Shown here one piece after another: positions 20,372 through 29,832 of a stretch of 64,000 bases of DNA. The notes below the pieces were generated by a model. The model was not told where the DNA came from. It ran no database searches and saw nothing but the letters and a program-made list of their open reading frames with translations. The position numbers and the translations under genes were made by a program. The stretch is from an uncultured Pseudomonadales bacterium (GTDB taxonomy: Bacteria; Patescibacteriota; Microgenomatia; UBA1400; PJMF01). The stretch's first letter is position 1; every line of letters starts with the position of its first letter. The stretch spans positions 37,565 through 101,564 of the forward strand of contig CAZWWE010000003.1 of assembly GCA_964637295.1 (NCBI GenBank), read 5' to 3'.

Positions 20372-21100
20372 TTATTCTATGACATTTTGGTCACTTTGGG
20401 CAGAGTCACTCGCCACCGCTCCATTGCTGGCGACATCAGTTTGTTTTGTCACTGCAGTGTTTTCGAGCTTACTTTGAATGGTTTGACTGGTTTGCTGATC
20501 GACGGTTGGCGTGGGAGTAATTAAATGCAGATTTTTAGCCAAATTAACTGTAATTTTAGTTTCATAACCTGCCAAAACTTGAAAACTATGATCTTGAGCT
20601 TCGTAAGAAGGCAGATTGACTAAAAAATGATGTGCTCCAGAAGTGACTCCTTCAATGGTCAGGGGGGAGAAATTGGCTTCTTGTTGATCAAAAGAAACAA
20701 GGGCGTTTTCTGGATATGTTTCAAAACTAACTGCGGTTTGGCCATCTTTGCGCTTGCGTAATTCAAAAATAGTACTGGAGCTGTTTTTAGGATTACTGCC
20801 GGGATTATAAACCACGATCGTCAAGGTGCCTTTTTCCAAAAAAATGGGCACAGTAAAATTACTCAAACCTTCTTCATCAGGATCAATTTTCAACATGTAT
20901 TCTCCGCTTTTGAGCTGATGTTCAACTAGTGGAGCTTTGCCCAAAAAATCATCATTTAAAAACACTGCGGCGCTGCCACTTACATATTCGATTTGTAAAC
21001 CTGCTCGAGACTTTTTTTGCAGAGGATCGCTTAAATAAAAAAATACCGCTAAAGCAAAAACCAATAAAGCAGCTAAAAAAATTAGCGTTTTTTTAAACAT
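20372..21100 (-). CDS. membrane-anchored PEGA-domain protein
   Basis: N-terminal TM; AGLQI..SAAVFLND..LGKAP and TYPENALVSFD repeats; TPTP linker. Confidence 0.8.
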   Translation of the reverse strand: MFKKTLIFLAALLVFALAVFFYLSDPLQKKSRAGLQIEYVSGSAAVFLNDDFLGKAPLVEHQLKSGEYMLKIDPDEEGLSNFTVPIFLEKGTLTIVVYNPGSNPKNSSSTIFELRKRKDGQTAVSFETYPENALVSFDQQEANFSPLTIEGVTSGAHHFLVNLPSYEAQDHSFQVLAGYETKITVNLAKNLHLITPTPTVDQQTSQTIQSKLENTAVTKQTDVASNGAVASDSAQSDQNVIE

Positions 21101-21133
21101 AGCTAATGATCAGTATAACAGTTTAATAGCGGC

Positions 21134-23497
21134 TTAACGCTCCAACAAGGCAATTTTTAATACCGTCGCCACGTCAGACACTGGTTTGAAAGTTACTTGC
21201 TGATTTAGGAGTGGCAAAATTTTTTCTAGATCGCGCTCGTTTTCTTGAGGAATAATAATCGTTTTGCTGCCAGCATTATAAGCGGCAATGGCTTTTTCTT
21301 TGAGTCCGCCAATGCGCAAAACTCGTCCACGCAAAGTAATTTCTCCAGTCATGGCCACATCTTTGCGCACAGGACGCTTGGTGAAAGCAGATACCAAAGC
21401 GGTTGCAATCGTTACTCCAGCAGAGGGGCCATCTTTGGGCACCGCTCCTTCTGGAACATGAATGTGCACGTTGGATTTATTAATCAGTTCCATGCTAATT
21501 CCTAGTTCGCGATGATGGGCGCTGACATAAGTGAGAGCTGCTTGTGCCGATTCTTTCATCACTTCGCCCAATTTGCCAGTTAATTTAATTTGGCCTTTTC
21601 CTGGAGAAAGGGCCACTTCGACAAATAACACCTCGCCGCCGACGCTGGTCCAAGCCAAACCAGTAGCCAAGCCGACCTGATCTTTGTTTTCTGCTAAACT
21701 TTCGTCAAAAATCGCTGGCCCCAGATATTCTTTCAGTTTTTTAGGAGTAATTTTGATTGTTTTACTTTCTTTAATTAAAATTTCCCGAGCTACTTTGCGC
21801 ATAATTTTATTAATTTGTCTTTCTAAATCTCTGACGCCGGCTTCTTTAACGTAATTTTTAATAATTTTAGTCAAAATCATTTCATCAAGCTGCACCACGT
21901 TTTTATTTAAAGCATTGGCTTGTAAGCTTTTTTTAAGCAAATAACGTTTGGCAATTTCCAATTTTTCATGTGCCGTGTAACCAGAGTATTGAATAATTTC
22001 CAAACGATCACGCAGGGCGGCTGGAATAGTATCCAAAGTATTAGCAGTGGCGATAAACAAAACATTAGACAGGTCAAAAGGAAAATCTAAATAATGATCT
22101 TCAAAAGCATAATTTTGTTCGGGGTCAAGCACTTCTAAAAGAGCTGAGCTGGGATCGCCACGAAAATCGTTACCCAATTTATCAATTTCGTCCAGCATAA
22201 AAACTGGATTGCTGCTTTTCGCATTAGTCAGGGCTTTAATAATTCTGCCTGGCATAGCCCCAACATAAGTGCGGCGATGACCGCGAATTTCCGCTTCATC
22301 TCGCACTCCACCTAAGGAAATCTTGGTAAAATCTCTGCCTAAGGCATTGGCAATAGATCGGCCAATGCTAGTTTTGCCGACACCAGGTGGACCAACAAAA
22401 CATAAAATCGTGGGCAAATTTTGACTTTTTCGTTTTGCTTGTTTTTGTTTTAATTGTAAAACAGCCATGTATTCTAGAACGCGATCTTTGACTTCTTCTA
22501 AGCCGAAGTGATCTTTGTCTAATAAAGTAGCAGCTTTTTGAATATCAATTGCTTTGTTTTTTAATTTGCCAAAAGGTAGTTCAAAAACCAGATCTAGCCA
22601 ACTGCGAATATAAGCCCCCTCTGGATTATTGGGTGACATTTGCTGCAATTTTTTGATTTCTTGTTCAACTCGCTTGGCTATCTCTGCAGGCAACTTAGCT
22701 TTTTTTAATTTATGAGCATAATCACTGATAATCTCTTCTTCATCATCAAGTTCGCCTAGTTCTTTTTGAATGGTGTGCAATCTTTCGCGCAAAATACTCT
22801 CGCGCATGTGTTGATCAAATTTTGCTTGTGTTTTTTTAGAGACATCTTTCTCAATTTCTAAAACCTTGATTTCTTTGGATAAATAAAAAATGATTTTTTT
22901 AATTCTGTCTTTGACTGCCACCATTTCTAAAATTTGTTGCTTTTCTTTGGTGGACAGAGTGAGGGTGCTGGCAATTTGATCGGCCATTTCACTTTCATTG
23001 ATGCCACTGAGCAACTTGATAAAATTTAAAAATTCAATTTGCTTGCCCATTTGGACCGTTTTTTTAAACAGTTTCTGTAATTGATTGCTGAGCGCCAGCA
23101 ATTCTTCGTCTCTGGAAAATTTTTCGTAAATTTTTTCGACACTGGCCAATAAAAAAGGTTGTTCTTGCAAAAAATTTTGCACTTTTACTCGACCTACGCC
23201 ACGGACTAAAGCGCTGACACTGTTATCAGTGACCAGAGTTTTTTCAATAATCGCCAAAGTGCCCACTAGATAAAGATCGGTGGTTTTTGGTTCTTCTAAG
23301 TTGGCTTGTTTTTGGGTCAACAAGACTACGTATTTATTGTTAATTTCACTTTTTTTAATCGCAGCAAGTGACATTTTTCTGCCAAAAGTTAAGACTGACT
23401 CGGTAGATGGAAAAAGCACCCCCTCGCGAATAGGAATAACAGGCAAACTTAATTGACTGGTGGGTAAATTTTGCGCTTTATCGGGCTTTACTGGCAT
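21134..23497 (-). CDS. lon: ATP-dependent Lon protease
   Basis: [22 protein letters not shown] catalytic Ser, IGGLKEK. Confidence 0.98.
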   Translation of the reverse strand: MPVKPDKAQNLPTSQLSLPVIPIREGVLFPSTESVLTFGRKMSLAAIKKSEINNKYVVLLTQKQANLEEPKTTDLYLVGTLAIIEKTLVTDNSVSALVRGVGRVKVQNFLQEQPFLLASVEKIYEKFSRDEELLALSNQLQKLFKKTVQMGKQIEFLNFIKLLSGINESEMADQIASTLTLSTKEKQQILEMVAVKDRIKKIIFYLSKEIKVLEIEKDVSKKTQAKFDQHMRESILRERLHTIQKELGELDDEEEIISDYAHKLKKAKLPAEIAKRVEQEIKKLQQMSPNNPEGAYIRSWLDLVFELPFGKLKNKAIDIQKAATLLDKDHFGLEEVKDRVLEYMAVLQLKQKQAKRKSQNLPTILCFVGPPGVGKTSIGRSIANALGRDFTKISLGGVRDEAEIRGHRRTYVGAMPGRIIKALTNAKSSNPVFMLDEIDKLGNDFRGDPSSALLEVLDPEQNYAFEDHYLDFPFDLSNVLFIATANTLDTIPAALRDRLEIIQYSGYTAHEKLEIAKRYLLKKSLQANALNKNVVQLDEMILTKIIKNYVKEAGVRDLERQINKIMRKVAREILIKESKTIKITPKKLKEYLGPAIFDESLAENKDQVGLATGLAWTSVGGEVLFVEVALSPGKGQIKLTGKLGEVMKESAQAALTYVSAHHRELGISMELINKSNVHIHVPEGAVPKDGPSAGVTIATALVSAFTKRPVRKDVAMTGEITLRGRVLRIGGLKEKAIAAYNAGSKTIIIPQENERDLEKILPLLNQQVTFKPVSDVATVLKIALLER

Positions 23498-23583
23498 AGT
23501 TTTTAGATGGCTAGTTTTTCTTAAATAGTGGTAAAAAATTGGTGAAAATCAATCATCTTTGCGCGTCAATAAGTCATTTAGCG

Positions 23584-23657
23584 TGGGTGTGCTTGGAATC
23601 GAACCAAGGACCTCAGTCTTATCAGGACTGCGCTCTAACCATCTGAGCTACACACCC
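23584..23657 (-). tRNA. tRNA-Ile(GAT)
   Basis: Minus-strand cloverleaf GGGTGTG...CAGTC-CTGATAA-GACTG...TTCGATT...CACACCCA. CCA not encoded. Confidence 0.96.
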
Positions 23658-23880
23658 TATTTTCGACAAGGATATATTTTAGCACAGGCTGGTTTTTTTA
23701 CCATCAACTATTTTAAGATTGCAAGATAGCATCCTAACATTGTTTTGCTTAATTAGCAATCACCTAATTGGTCTGCTAATATCGCCCTCCAGAGAGAAAG
23801 ATTGATCTATCAATATATATTTTGATATATTTTGATATATATAATCAAAATCAAATCAATGCAAAACAGCTCTCAAGTAC

Positions 23881-23908
23881 AAAAAAACCGCCAGAATACA
23901 GCGGTTTT
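23881..23908 (-). terminator. probable intrinsic terminator after the 16S rRNA trailer
   Basis: AAAACCGC...GCGGTTTT stem followed by a T-run on the minus strand. Confidence 0.65.
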
Positions 23909-23920
23909 AAAATCATCAAG

Positions 23921-23955
23921 AGCAATTGAAAGCAAATACAGTGACAGAAAGTATG
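23921..23955 (-). other. 3' half of the 16S processing (RNase III) stem, pairing with about 26522-26556
   Basis: AAATACAGTGACAGAAAGTATG (23934-23955) is complementary to CACACTTTCTATCACTATATTT (26522-26543); all three mismatches are G-U pairs in the minus-strand RNA. Confidence 0.8.
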
Positions 23956-24200
23956 ACCTAGACACAATGATCATAGGATTTGTATTTTTCGTCTAGATCG
24001 CTCTAGACGGGAGAAGGAGGTCGTGAAAAAACTCCTACCCATTCTCCTTAGAAAGGAGGTGATCCATCGCCACCTTCCAGTAGCGATACCTTGTTACGAC
24101 TTAACCCTCATCGCTAACCTCACCGTAGAAGGGCCACTCGCTTGCGCGTTATGGTCACCCGCTTCGGGTGTTGCTAACTTTGCTGGTTTGACGGGCAGTG

Positions 24201-25109
24201 TTCTGAGATAATTAGTTCATCACTGAACTTTACTTCTCTCCCGACTGGGCACACGGTTTTCCCGTACCCTAGCCGACGCTTGATTTTTTACTAAATTTAT
24301 TCATTTTTTTGCGAATGGCTCGCAATTGCTCAATGCCATCTAAAGTTAAATGCTGTTTACTCTTAAATATTTCTACGGCTTGTAGAAAATATTGATAAGA
24401 CAAACGTTTTTTAGCTCTAAGCGGATATTGATTAAAAAATGGAATTAATTTATCAATAATTTCCCTGATCGAAGACACTTTTAGTTCAACGTGTGGATGC
24501 CACCCATAACGCTCATAATTGAGAGTATAGATATGACCACAGCCGAGTGTTTTTTGAATTTGTTGCAAGATTTCTAAATCATCGCTTCGCAATTCGATTT
24601 GAAAATGCAAACGCGCATCCAGACCCAATTTCTTGGTAGGATGTTTAGAGATGACGATGGTGAAGCAGCCTTCTCCATCAACAAATCCTGCTATATATTC
24701 GCCAGGTAATTTTTTATCAAGTGAGTCCTTCCCTTTCTTATGAAAGGTACTATGACTCTTGCAGACTTCCTGATGAATGTTTGATTTCATCACTTCCATC
24801 ATACTCATTTCTCGTTATTAAACAAGAAGCGAGAGACATCAGGATCTCCCTTTGTACCCATAAAGACCTTTTGTTTTCATCTCGAGCCCAGATATTTTAA
24901 ATACTATACTTAAATAAGTAGTTTCCCCAAATGTACGAATGGGTCACCAATATTTAAAATCGTTTAAACTTCAAGCTGAAAACTGCTACTTTTACCCTTC
25001 ATCTAGCTCCTTGCGGAGATTAGACTGTAATTTGGCTTTACTTGGCTTATTTCCAAGTAGTTGGATTCACACCAACTTGTTTTTATAGGCGAAAGGCGCA
25101 TATTTACGT
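24201..25109 (-). mobile_element. 909-nt intron in 16S rRNA at about E. coli position 1395/1396, group II-like
   Basis: The conserved CCTTGTACA|CACTGCCCGTC is interrupted. The insert has a LAGLIDADG ORF followed by a GAAA-capped domain V-like hairpin and a domain VI-like hairpin. Boundary is ambiguous by 1 nt. Confidence 0.85.
24269..24808 (-). CDS. single-motif LAGLIDADG homing endonuclease (intron-encoded)
   Basis: YIAGFVDGEGCF, LGCGHI, LIPFFNQYPL..KK, HLTLDG..MN. Confidence 0.93.
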   Translation of the reverse strand: MSMMEVMKSNIHQEVCKSHSTFHKKGKDSLDKKLPGEYIAGFVDGEGCFTIVISKHPTKKLGLDARLHFQIELRSDDLEILQQIQKTLGCGHIYTLNYERYGWHPHVELKVSSIREIIDKLIPFFNQYPLRAKKRLSYQYFLQAVEIFKSKQHLTLDGIEQLRAIRKKMNKFSKKSSVG

Positions 25110-26562
25110 TGTACAAGGAGCGAGAACGTATTCACCGCAACCTGCTGATTTGCGATTACTACCGATTCCGACTTCATGCTCTCGAATTGCAGAGAACAAT
25201 CTGAACTGAGGGGCCGTTTAAGGATTAGCTCCACCTCGCGGTCTTGCTTCCCGTTGTCGGCTCCATTGTAGGATGTGTGTAGCCCTGGATGTAAGGGTCG
25301 TGCTGACTTGACGTCATCCTCTCCTTCCTCCCTGCAAAAAGCAGGGCAGTCTCTCGTGACACTTGTAACACGAGATAAGGGTTGCGCTCGTTACCACACT
25401 TAAGTGGACGCCTCACGACACGAGCTGACGACAGCCATGCAACACCTGTGTACCACTCTCGAAGAAGACTTAGTTTCCTAAGCCGTGCAGGTACATGTCA
25501 AACCCAGGTAAGGTTTTTCGCTTTGTATCGAATTAAACCACATGCTCCACCGGTTGTGCGCTCCCCCGTCAATTCCTTTGAGTTTTAATCTTGCGATCGT
25601 AATCCCCAGGCGCCTTGCTTAACGCGTTAGCTTACATCACTCAATCCATAAAGGACCAAGCAATTAGCAAGGAATGTTTACGGCTTGGACTACAGGGGTC
25701 TCTAATCCCTTTTGCTACCCAAGCTTTCGTCCCTGAGCGTCAGTATTACCCTAGGAGCCCGCCTTCGCGAATGGTGTTCCTCTCGATATCTACGGATTTC
25801 ACCCCTCCACCGAGAATTCCAGCTCCCCATAGTAAACTCTAGTTTATCAGTTTTCCATCCTGTATCTGGAGTTGAGCCCCAGTATTAAAGATGAAACTTG
25901 ATAAACCGCCGACGGTACGCTTTACGCCCAGTAAATCCGGATAATGCTTGCACCCTACGTATTACCGAGGCTTCTGGCACGTAGTTAGCAGGTGCTTTCT
26001 AGCAGGGTACGCTCAAAATTTGTTCCCCTGCCACAGTGGTTTACACTCCGAAAAGCTTCTTCCCACACGCGGTGTCGCTGCGTCAGACTTTCGTCCATTG
26101 CGCAATATTCCCAGTTGCTGCCACCCGTAGGTGTAGGCACCGTGTCTCAGTTACCTTGTGGCCGGTCATGCTCTCACACCGGCTACCCGTCATTGGCTTG
26201 GTGAGCCGTTACCTCACCAACTACCTGATAGGGCGCAGGCCTCTCCCCAAGCGTCTTGCGACTTTGACCTTACGGCCATATGCGGCATTACCCCACCTTT
26301 CGATGAGCTATTCCCCACTTGAGGGTAAGTTCCTACGTATTACTCACCCGTCTGCCACTCGTTCTTGCGAACCGTTCGACTTGCATGCTTAAGGCACACC
26401 GCCAGCATTCATCCTGAGCCAGGATCAAACTCTTAAAAAAAAGTTTGATTAGCTCTATAAAAAACTAATTTGATTTACTTAAAAAATTGACGGACTTTTC
26501 CAAAAAAAGGAAAAATCCTTGCACACTTTCTATCACTATATTTATTTTCAATTGGCTGTTAC

Positions 26563-26728
26563 TAGACCTGTAAAGAAATACTAAAAAGGTTTCTTAACCT
26601 ATCTTTTACATATTTTAGTTCTTTTCTTCTTCCTCAAGTAGGCATAGCTACTATCGTCATCAGAAAAGATTAAAATATTGTAAAACCTAAGGTTAATAAA
26701 CTCAATTTATTATTTCTTTACAGGTCTA
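26563..26728. repeat. long imperfect palindrome 1 (REP/MITE-like)
   Basis: 18-bp perfect terminal IR TAGACCTGTAAAGAAATA/TATTTCTTTACAGGTCTA, nested inner IRs, apex TCCTCAAGTAGGCATAGCTACTATCGTC (26631-26658). Confidence 0.85.
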
Positions 26729-26827
26729 CTTGTTAAAGATCAATTTGGCCTAGCAAACAAAAAAAAGAAAGAAAAACTTTCTAGTTTTTTGTACTTCCTC
26801 TAGACGCTGAAGAATTTTATTCCATGG

Positions 26828-26989
26828 AAGCCTATTTGACAAGTCGCATTCTACTGCAAGTCTGTAGACTTCGGCAAAAAAATATTTATTTTATCCTCAA
26901 GTAGACAAAGCTACTATCGTCTAAAACTAAATCTTTTTTTGCTCGAACCTTCAGCCTTTCGTGACGAAAGGGACTTGTTAAATAGGCTT
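26828..26989. repeat. long imperfect palindrome 2 (REP/MITE-like)
   Basis: 17/18-bp terminal IR AAGCCTATTTGACAAGTC/GACTTGTTAAATAGGCTT, nested inner IRs, apex TCCTCAAGTAGACAAAGCTACTATCGTC (26894-26921). Confidence 0.85.
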
Positions 26990-27081
26990 TAAGAACAAAA
27001 TTGTGAAGTGGGAGTTATTTTAAGGGCAAGTCTATGAAAAGACAATAGTCAATCGTGAGTGTTTACTCTATACTTTTTAGT

Positions 27082-27897
27082 ATGAGTGCAATTAAGCAAG
27101 CGATTTTACTGACCATGAGCGTTCTGGCGGCTTATTTGTATCTGCAAGTGCCTTTTTTGAAAGAGTATTTTTTGCAAGCTTTTGCTTTGAGTAGTGCTGT
27201 TTATTTATTTTTACAAAAGCAGCAGAGGGGCTATTCTGCCTTATTTTTAGCCAATCATTCTGTATTAGGTTTGGCGATAATCAATTTTGCTTTTTTATTA
27301 TTGGTGGGTGCCAGTGGTTCTCTGGCCTCACCCTTTTTTGCCCTGACTTTTATTGAACTTTTCTTTGTTGCGTTGAGTACATCGGCAAAAAATACTTTGT
27401 TGTTGAGTTTAGAAATCATGGTTTTTCATTTTAGTCTGAGCATTGCCAATAGTAACCATTTTAGATTGGAAACAGCGCAATTATCTAATTTATTAGCTTT
27501 GCCAATTGTGAGCATTTTTTATTTATTTGCCAAAAACCAATATGAGAAAGCTTATCGCAATCACTTGTTGCTTGATTGGCAAAATCGAGAATTAGAGCGA
27601 GCGCAAAGCGATGATCAAGCCGTAGCAGAATTTGTCACCTCTTTACTTAATCGACGCTTGCCGATGCTAGAATTTTTACTGAGTTTTCCAGAAAAGAATC
27701 AGGCAGCTATTTTGGCAGAAATCCAAATTTTAAAGCAAGATTTAAACTTATTGATTAGACAAATTGAGAAAAAAACTGAAAGCTCAAATTCAGATCAATC
27801 GCTTATCTTGAAACAGGAAGAAGCCAAAACGCCAAATATGGAGGCTCTAATCGATCTAGTGGAAAAAGAAAGTCATGAAGAAAAGAAAAGCCCATGA
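27082..27897 (+). CDS. hypothetical membrane protein (about 5 TM plus cytoplasmic coiled coil)
   Basis: Hydrophobic N-terminal half with GSLASPFF motif. Start moved to the ATG 7 nt after TATACT (27069-27074). Confidence 0.75.
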   Translation: MSAIKQAILLTMSVLAAYLYLQVPFLKEYFLQAFALSSAVYLFLQKQQRGYSALFLANHSVLGLAIINFAFLLLVGASGSLASPFFALTFIELFFVALSTSAKNTLLLSLEIMVFHFSLSIANSNHFRLETAQLSNLLALPIVSIFYLFAKNQYEKAYRNHLLLDWQNRELERAQSDDQAVAEFVTSLLNRRLPMLEFLLSFPEKNQAAILAEIQILKQDLNLLIRQIEKKTESSNSDQSLILKQEEAKTPNMEALIDLVEKESHEEKKSP

Positions 27898-28721
27898 TCA
27901 AGGCAAAGGTGAAAACGACTAAGATTGCATCTTTAATAATAGGTTTCTTTCTATGGAGTGGTTTTGCTTTGCCAGCAAATAATCAAGTCATGGCTGAGGA
28001 AATGCAGTCTAATTCGTATAAGATTCAATTTGGCAATTTTAATATGGCTTCTGGTCAAAGAAGTGGTGAAACTTACGCTCTCTCAGATACTATGGGTGGC
28101 TTAGCTGTGGGGCCCTATGGACAATATGGTAGTAGCAGCTACTTTATTGGTGGTGGTTTTCAATATGTTTATCAAATTGATTATTTTTTCTTTAGCATTT
28201 CCAAATTAAGCATCAATTTGGGTGAATTATTTGCAGATAGTTTTAAAACTGACTCACACACAATCAGCGTGACCACTAATGGGGCCAGTGGCTACAAAGT
28301 GTATGTTTTTGAAAATCATCCGCTGCGCTTGATTGGAGCTAGTACCCCTAGCCCCAGCACTGATCTAAGTGACACCACTTGCGATGCTGGCTGTGATGAA
28401 AGCACCGCTGGACTGTGGACTAATGCAAGCAATGCTGGTTTTGGTTTCAACGTCAGTGCCAATGTTTTGCCTAATGCTAATTTGCCAGGCGGCACTTTTA
28501 ATTTGGGCGATGATGATGTGGCCGCTGATTTTATTAATCAGAATTATTTTCGTCAATTTGCGAATAACGAAGCTGGCGAAAGCATGCAGGCAATTATGAG
28601 TTCTGATAATGTTGCTTTGCAGAACACAGCCACTGTGACTTATAAGGCCGCTATGGCTGGCAATCAAACAGCCGGTTCTTATCAAACAAGCATTGTTTAT
28701 GTGGCCGTACCTGGCTATTAA
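27894..28721 (+). CDS. secreted beta-rich surface protein, WxL/pilin-like C-terminus
   Basis: Signal peptide; MQSNSYKIQ, VTTNGASGY, GFGF; ends AGSYQTSIVYVAVPGY. Confidence 0.7.
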   Translation: MIKAKVKTTKIASLIIGFFLWSGFALPANNQVMAEEMQSNSYKIQFGNFNMASGQRSGETYALSDTMGGLAVGPYGQYGSSSYFIGGGFQYVYQIDYFFFSISKLSINLGELFADSFKTDSHTISVTTNGASGYKVYVFENHPLRLIGASTPSPSTDLSDTTCDAGCDESTAGLWTNASNAGFGFNVSANVLPNANLPGGTFNLGDDDVAADFINQNYFRQFANNEAGESMQAIMSSDNVALQNTATVTYKAAMAGNQTAGSYQTSIVYVAVPGY

Positions 28722-28730
28722 GTTTAATTT

Positions 28731-29780
28731 ATGTCAATTAAAAAATATCTCTCATTTTCTTTGCTTATTAGTTTGTTGACTTTAGTTTTTTTAAGTAAAC
28801 CGACTTTGGCGGCTTCAGCTTTGGACTTAAAAATTTATCCACCAGTTGCCTATCTATCAGTTAAGCCTGGCGCAGGCATTAACCACCTAGTCAAGCTGAG
28901 CAATCAAGGCCTTTACACTTTAGAGATTGCTCCGACTTTGGTTAATTTTCAGACTGATGGCAAATCTGGAGCAGTTATTTTAGAGCAAAGTAGTGATTTT
29001 ACTTACCTTAATTTAGAAGCCGATCCGGCCAATTGGGGTAAATCTTTTATTCTTAAACCAGGAGAAGAAAAAAATCTTAATTTTGTTATTGCTCTTCCCA
29101 GCTTGGTGCCAGAAAAAGAGTTTCATTTATCAATTTTATTTCAAGCCAGACAAGTGGCACAAGGTAGCAGCCATCAACAACAAGCAATTCTGTCAGCGAT
29201 TGTGGCCAGCAATGTCGTTTTGGCAGTGAGTAATGAAGGGCAAAATCGCGGAGAATTGGTCATTGAACAATTTAATGTACCCAAGCTAGCCGACAGTTTG
29301 ATAGGTTTTAGTTTCAGCGCTTTGTTAAAAAACATTGGTTCGAATGCTACTCCTATTACTGGACAAATTAAAATTAGTCATTGGCCAGCCGCCCAAGCAG
29401 AAATATATCAGTTATATCCAGATATGGTTTTGGCTGGCAGTCAGCGCTTGGCTCGAACAATGAGCGAGACGGAGCTAAAAAGTTTAACGCAGCTCGAAGA
29501 AAGTAAGGCAGTTTTAGCTGCCAACGGTGAAGATTATGCAGCTCGCAAAGCTCAATTAATTAGAGAAAAATTAAAATCGCAAGTTTTTTATAAAAAAAGC
29601 TTTTTACTTGGTGCTTATGATTTAGAATTAGCTGTTGGCGAGCAAACATCGAGTAAAAGGGTGATAGTTTTGCCTTTTTCGCTATTGTTCATCGTTTTAA
29701 TTCTGCCGATTCTTTATACTCTATTTAGTCTGTTACAAAAATTGACGCAGAAAGTTATTTTAAAAAAACCCGATAATTAG
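28731..29780 (+). CDS. DUF916-like (WxL-interacting/chaperone-like) protein with C-terminal membrane anchor
   Basis: Signal peptide; IYPP...VKPG...V.LSN, LKPGEEKN..F.I..P, KNIGS; C-terminal TM and basic tail. Confidence 0.65.
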   Translation: MSIKKYLSFSLLISLLTLVFLSKPTLAASALDLKIYPPVAYLSVKPGAGINHLVKLSNQGLYTLEIAPTLVNFQTDGKSGAVILEQSSDFTYLNLEADPANWGKSFILKPGEEKNLNFVIALPSLVPEKEFHLSILFQARQVAQGSSHQQQAILSAIVASNVVLAVSNEGQNRGELVIEQFNVPKLADSLIGFSFSALLKNIGSNATPITGQIKISHWPAAQAEIYQLYPDMVLAGSQRLARTMSETELKSLTQLEESKAVLAANGEDYAARKAQLIREKLKSQVFYKKSFLLGAYDLELAVGEQTSSKRVIVLPFSLLFIVLILPILYTLFSLLQKLTQKVILKKPDN

Positions 29781-29832
29781 CAAATTAATAGTTGACGACC
29801 AGACTTAAACAGGTTTATGCTTAAGTAAACTT

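Larger units (their letters stand above)
24052..26440 (-). rRNA. rrs: 16S ribosomal RNA, split by an intron at 24201-25109
   Basis: Reverse complements of AGAGTTTGATCCTGGCTCAG (ending 26433), AAACTCAAAGGAATTGACGG, AAGTCGTAACAAGGTA and GATCACCTCCTT. Ends are approximate. Confidence 0.98.

Noticed and set aside
23810-23850. TATATTTTGA tandem repeat and AT-rich tract as a possible origin or CRISPR remnant
   Set aside because: Only about two copies, no spacers, no DnaA boxes seen, no cas genes.
24201-25109. Group I assignment for the 16S intron
   Set aside because: The 5' exon does not end in U and the intron does not end in G under either boundary; the 3' region looks like group II domains V-VI.
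24023-26392. Several 60-118 aa ORFs over the rRNA exons
   Set aside because: Spurious ORFs within 16S rRNA; only the LAGLIDADG ORF is supported.
26631-26921. Two 28-nt direct repeats as a CRISPR array
   Set aside because: Only two copies about 260 bp apart, each embedded in a long palindrome.
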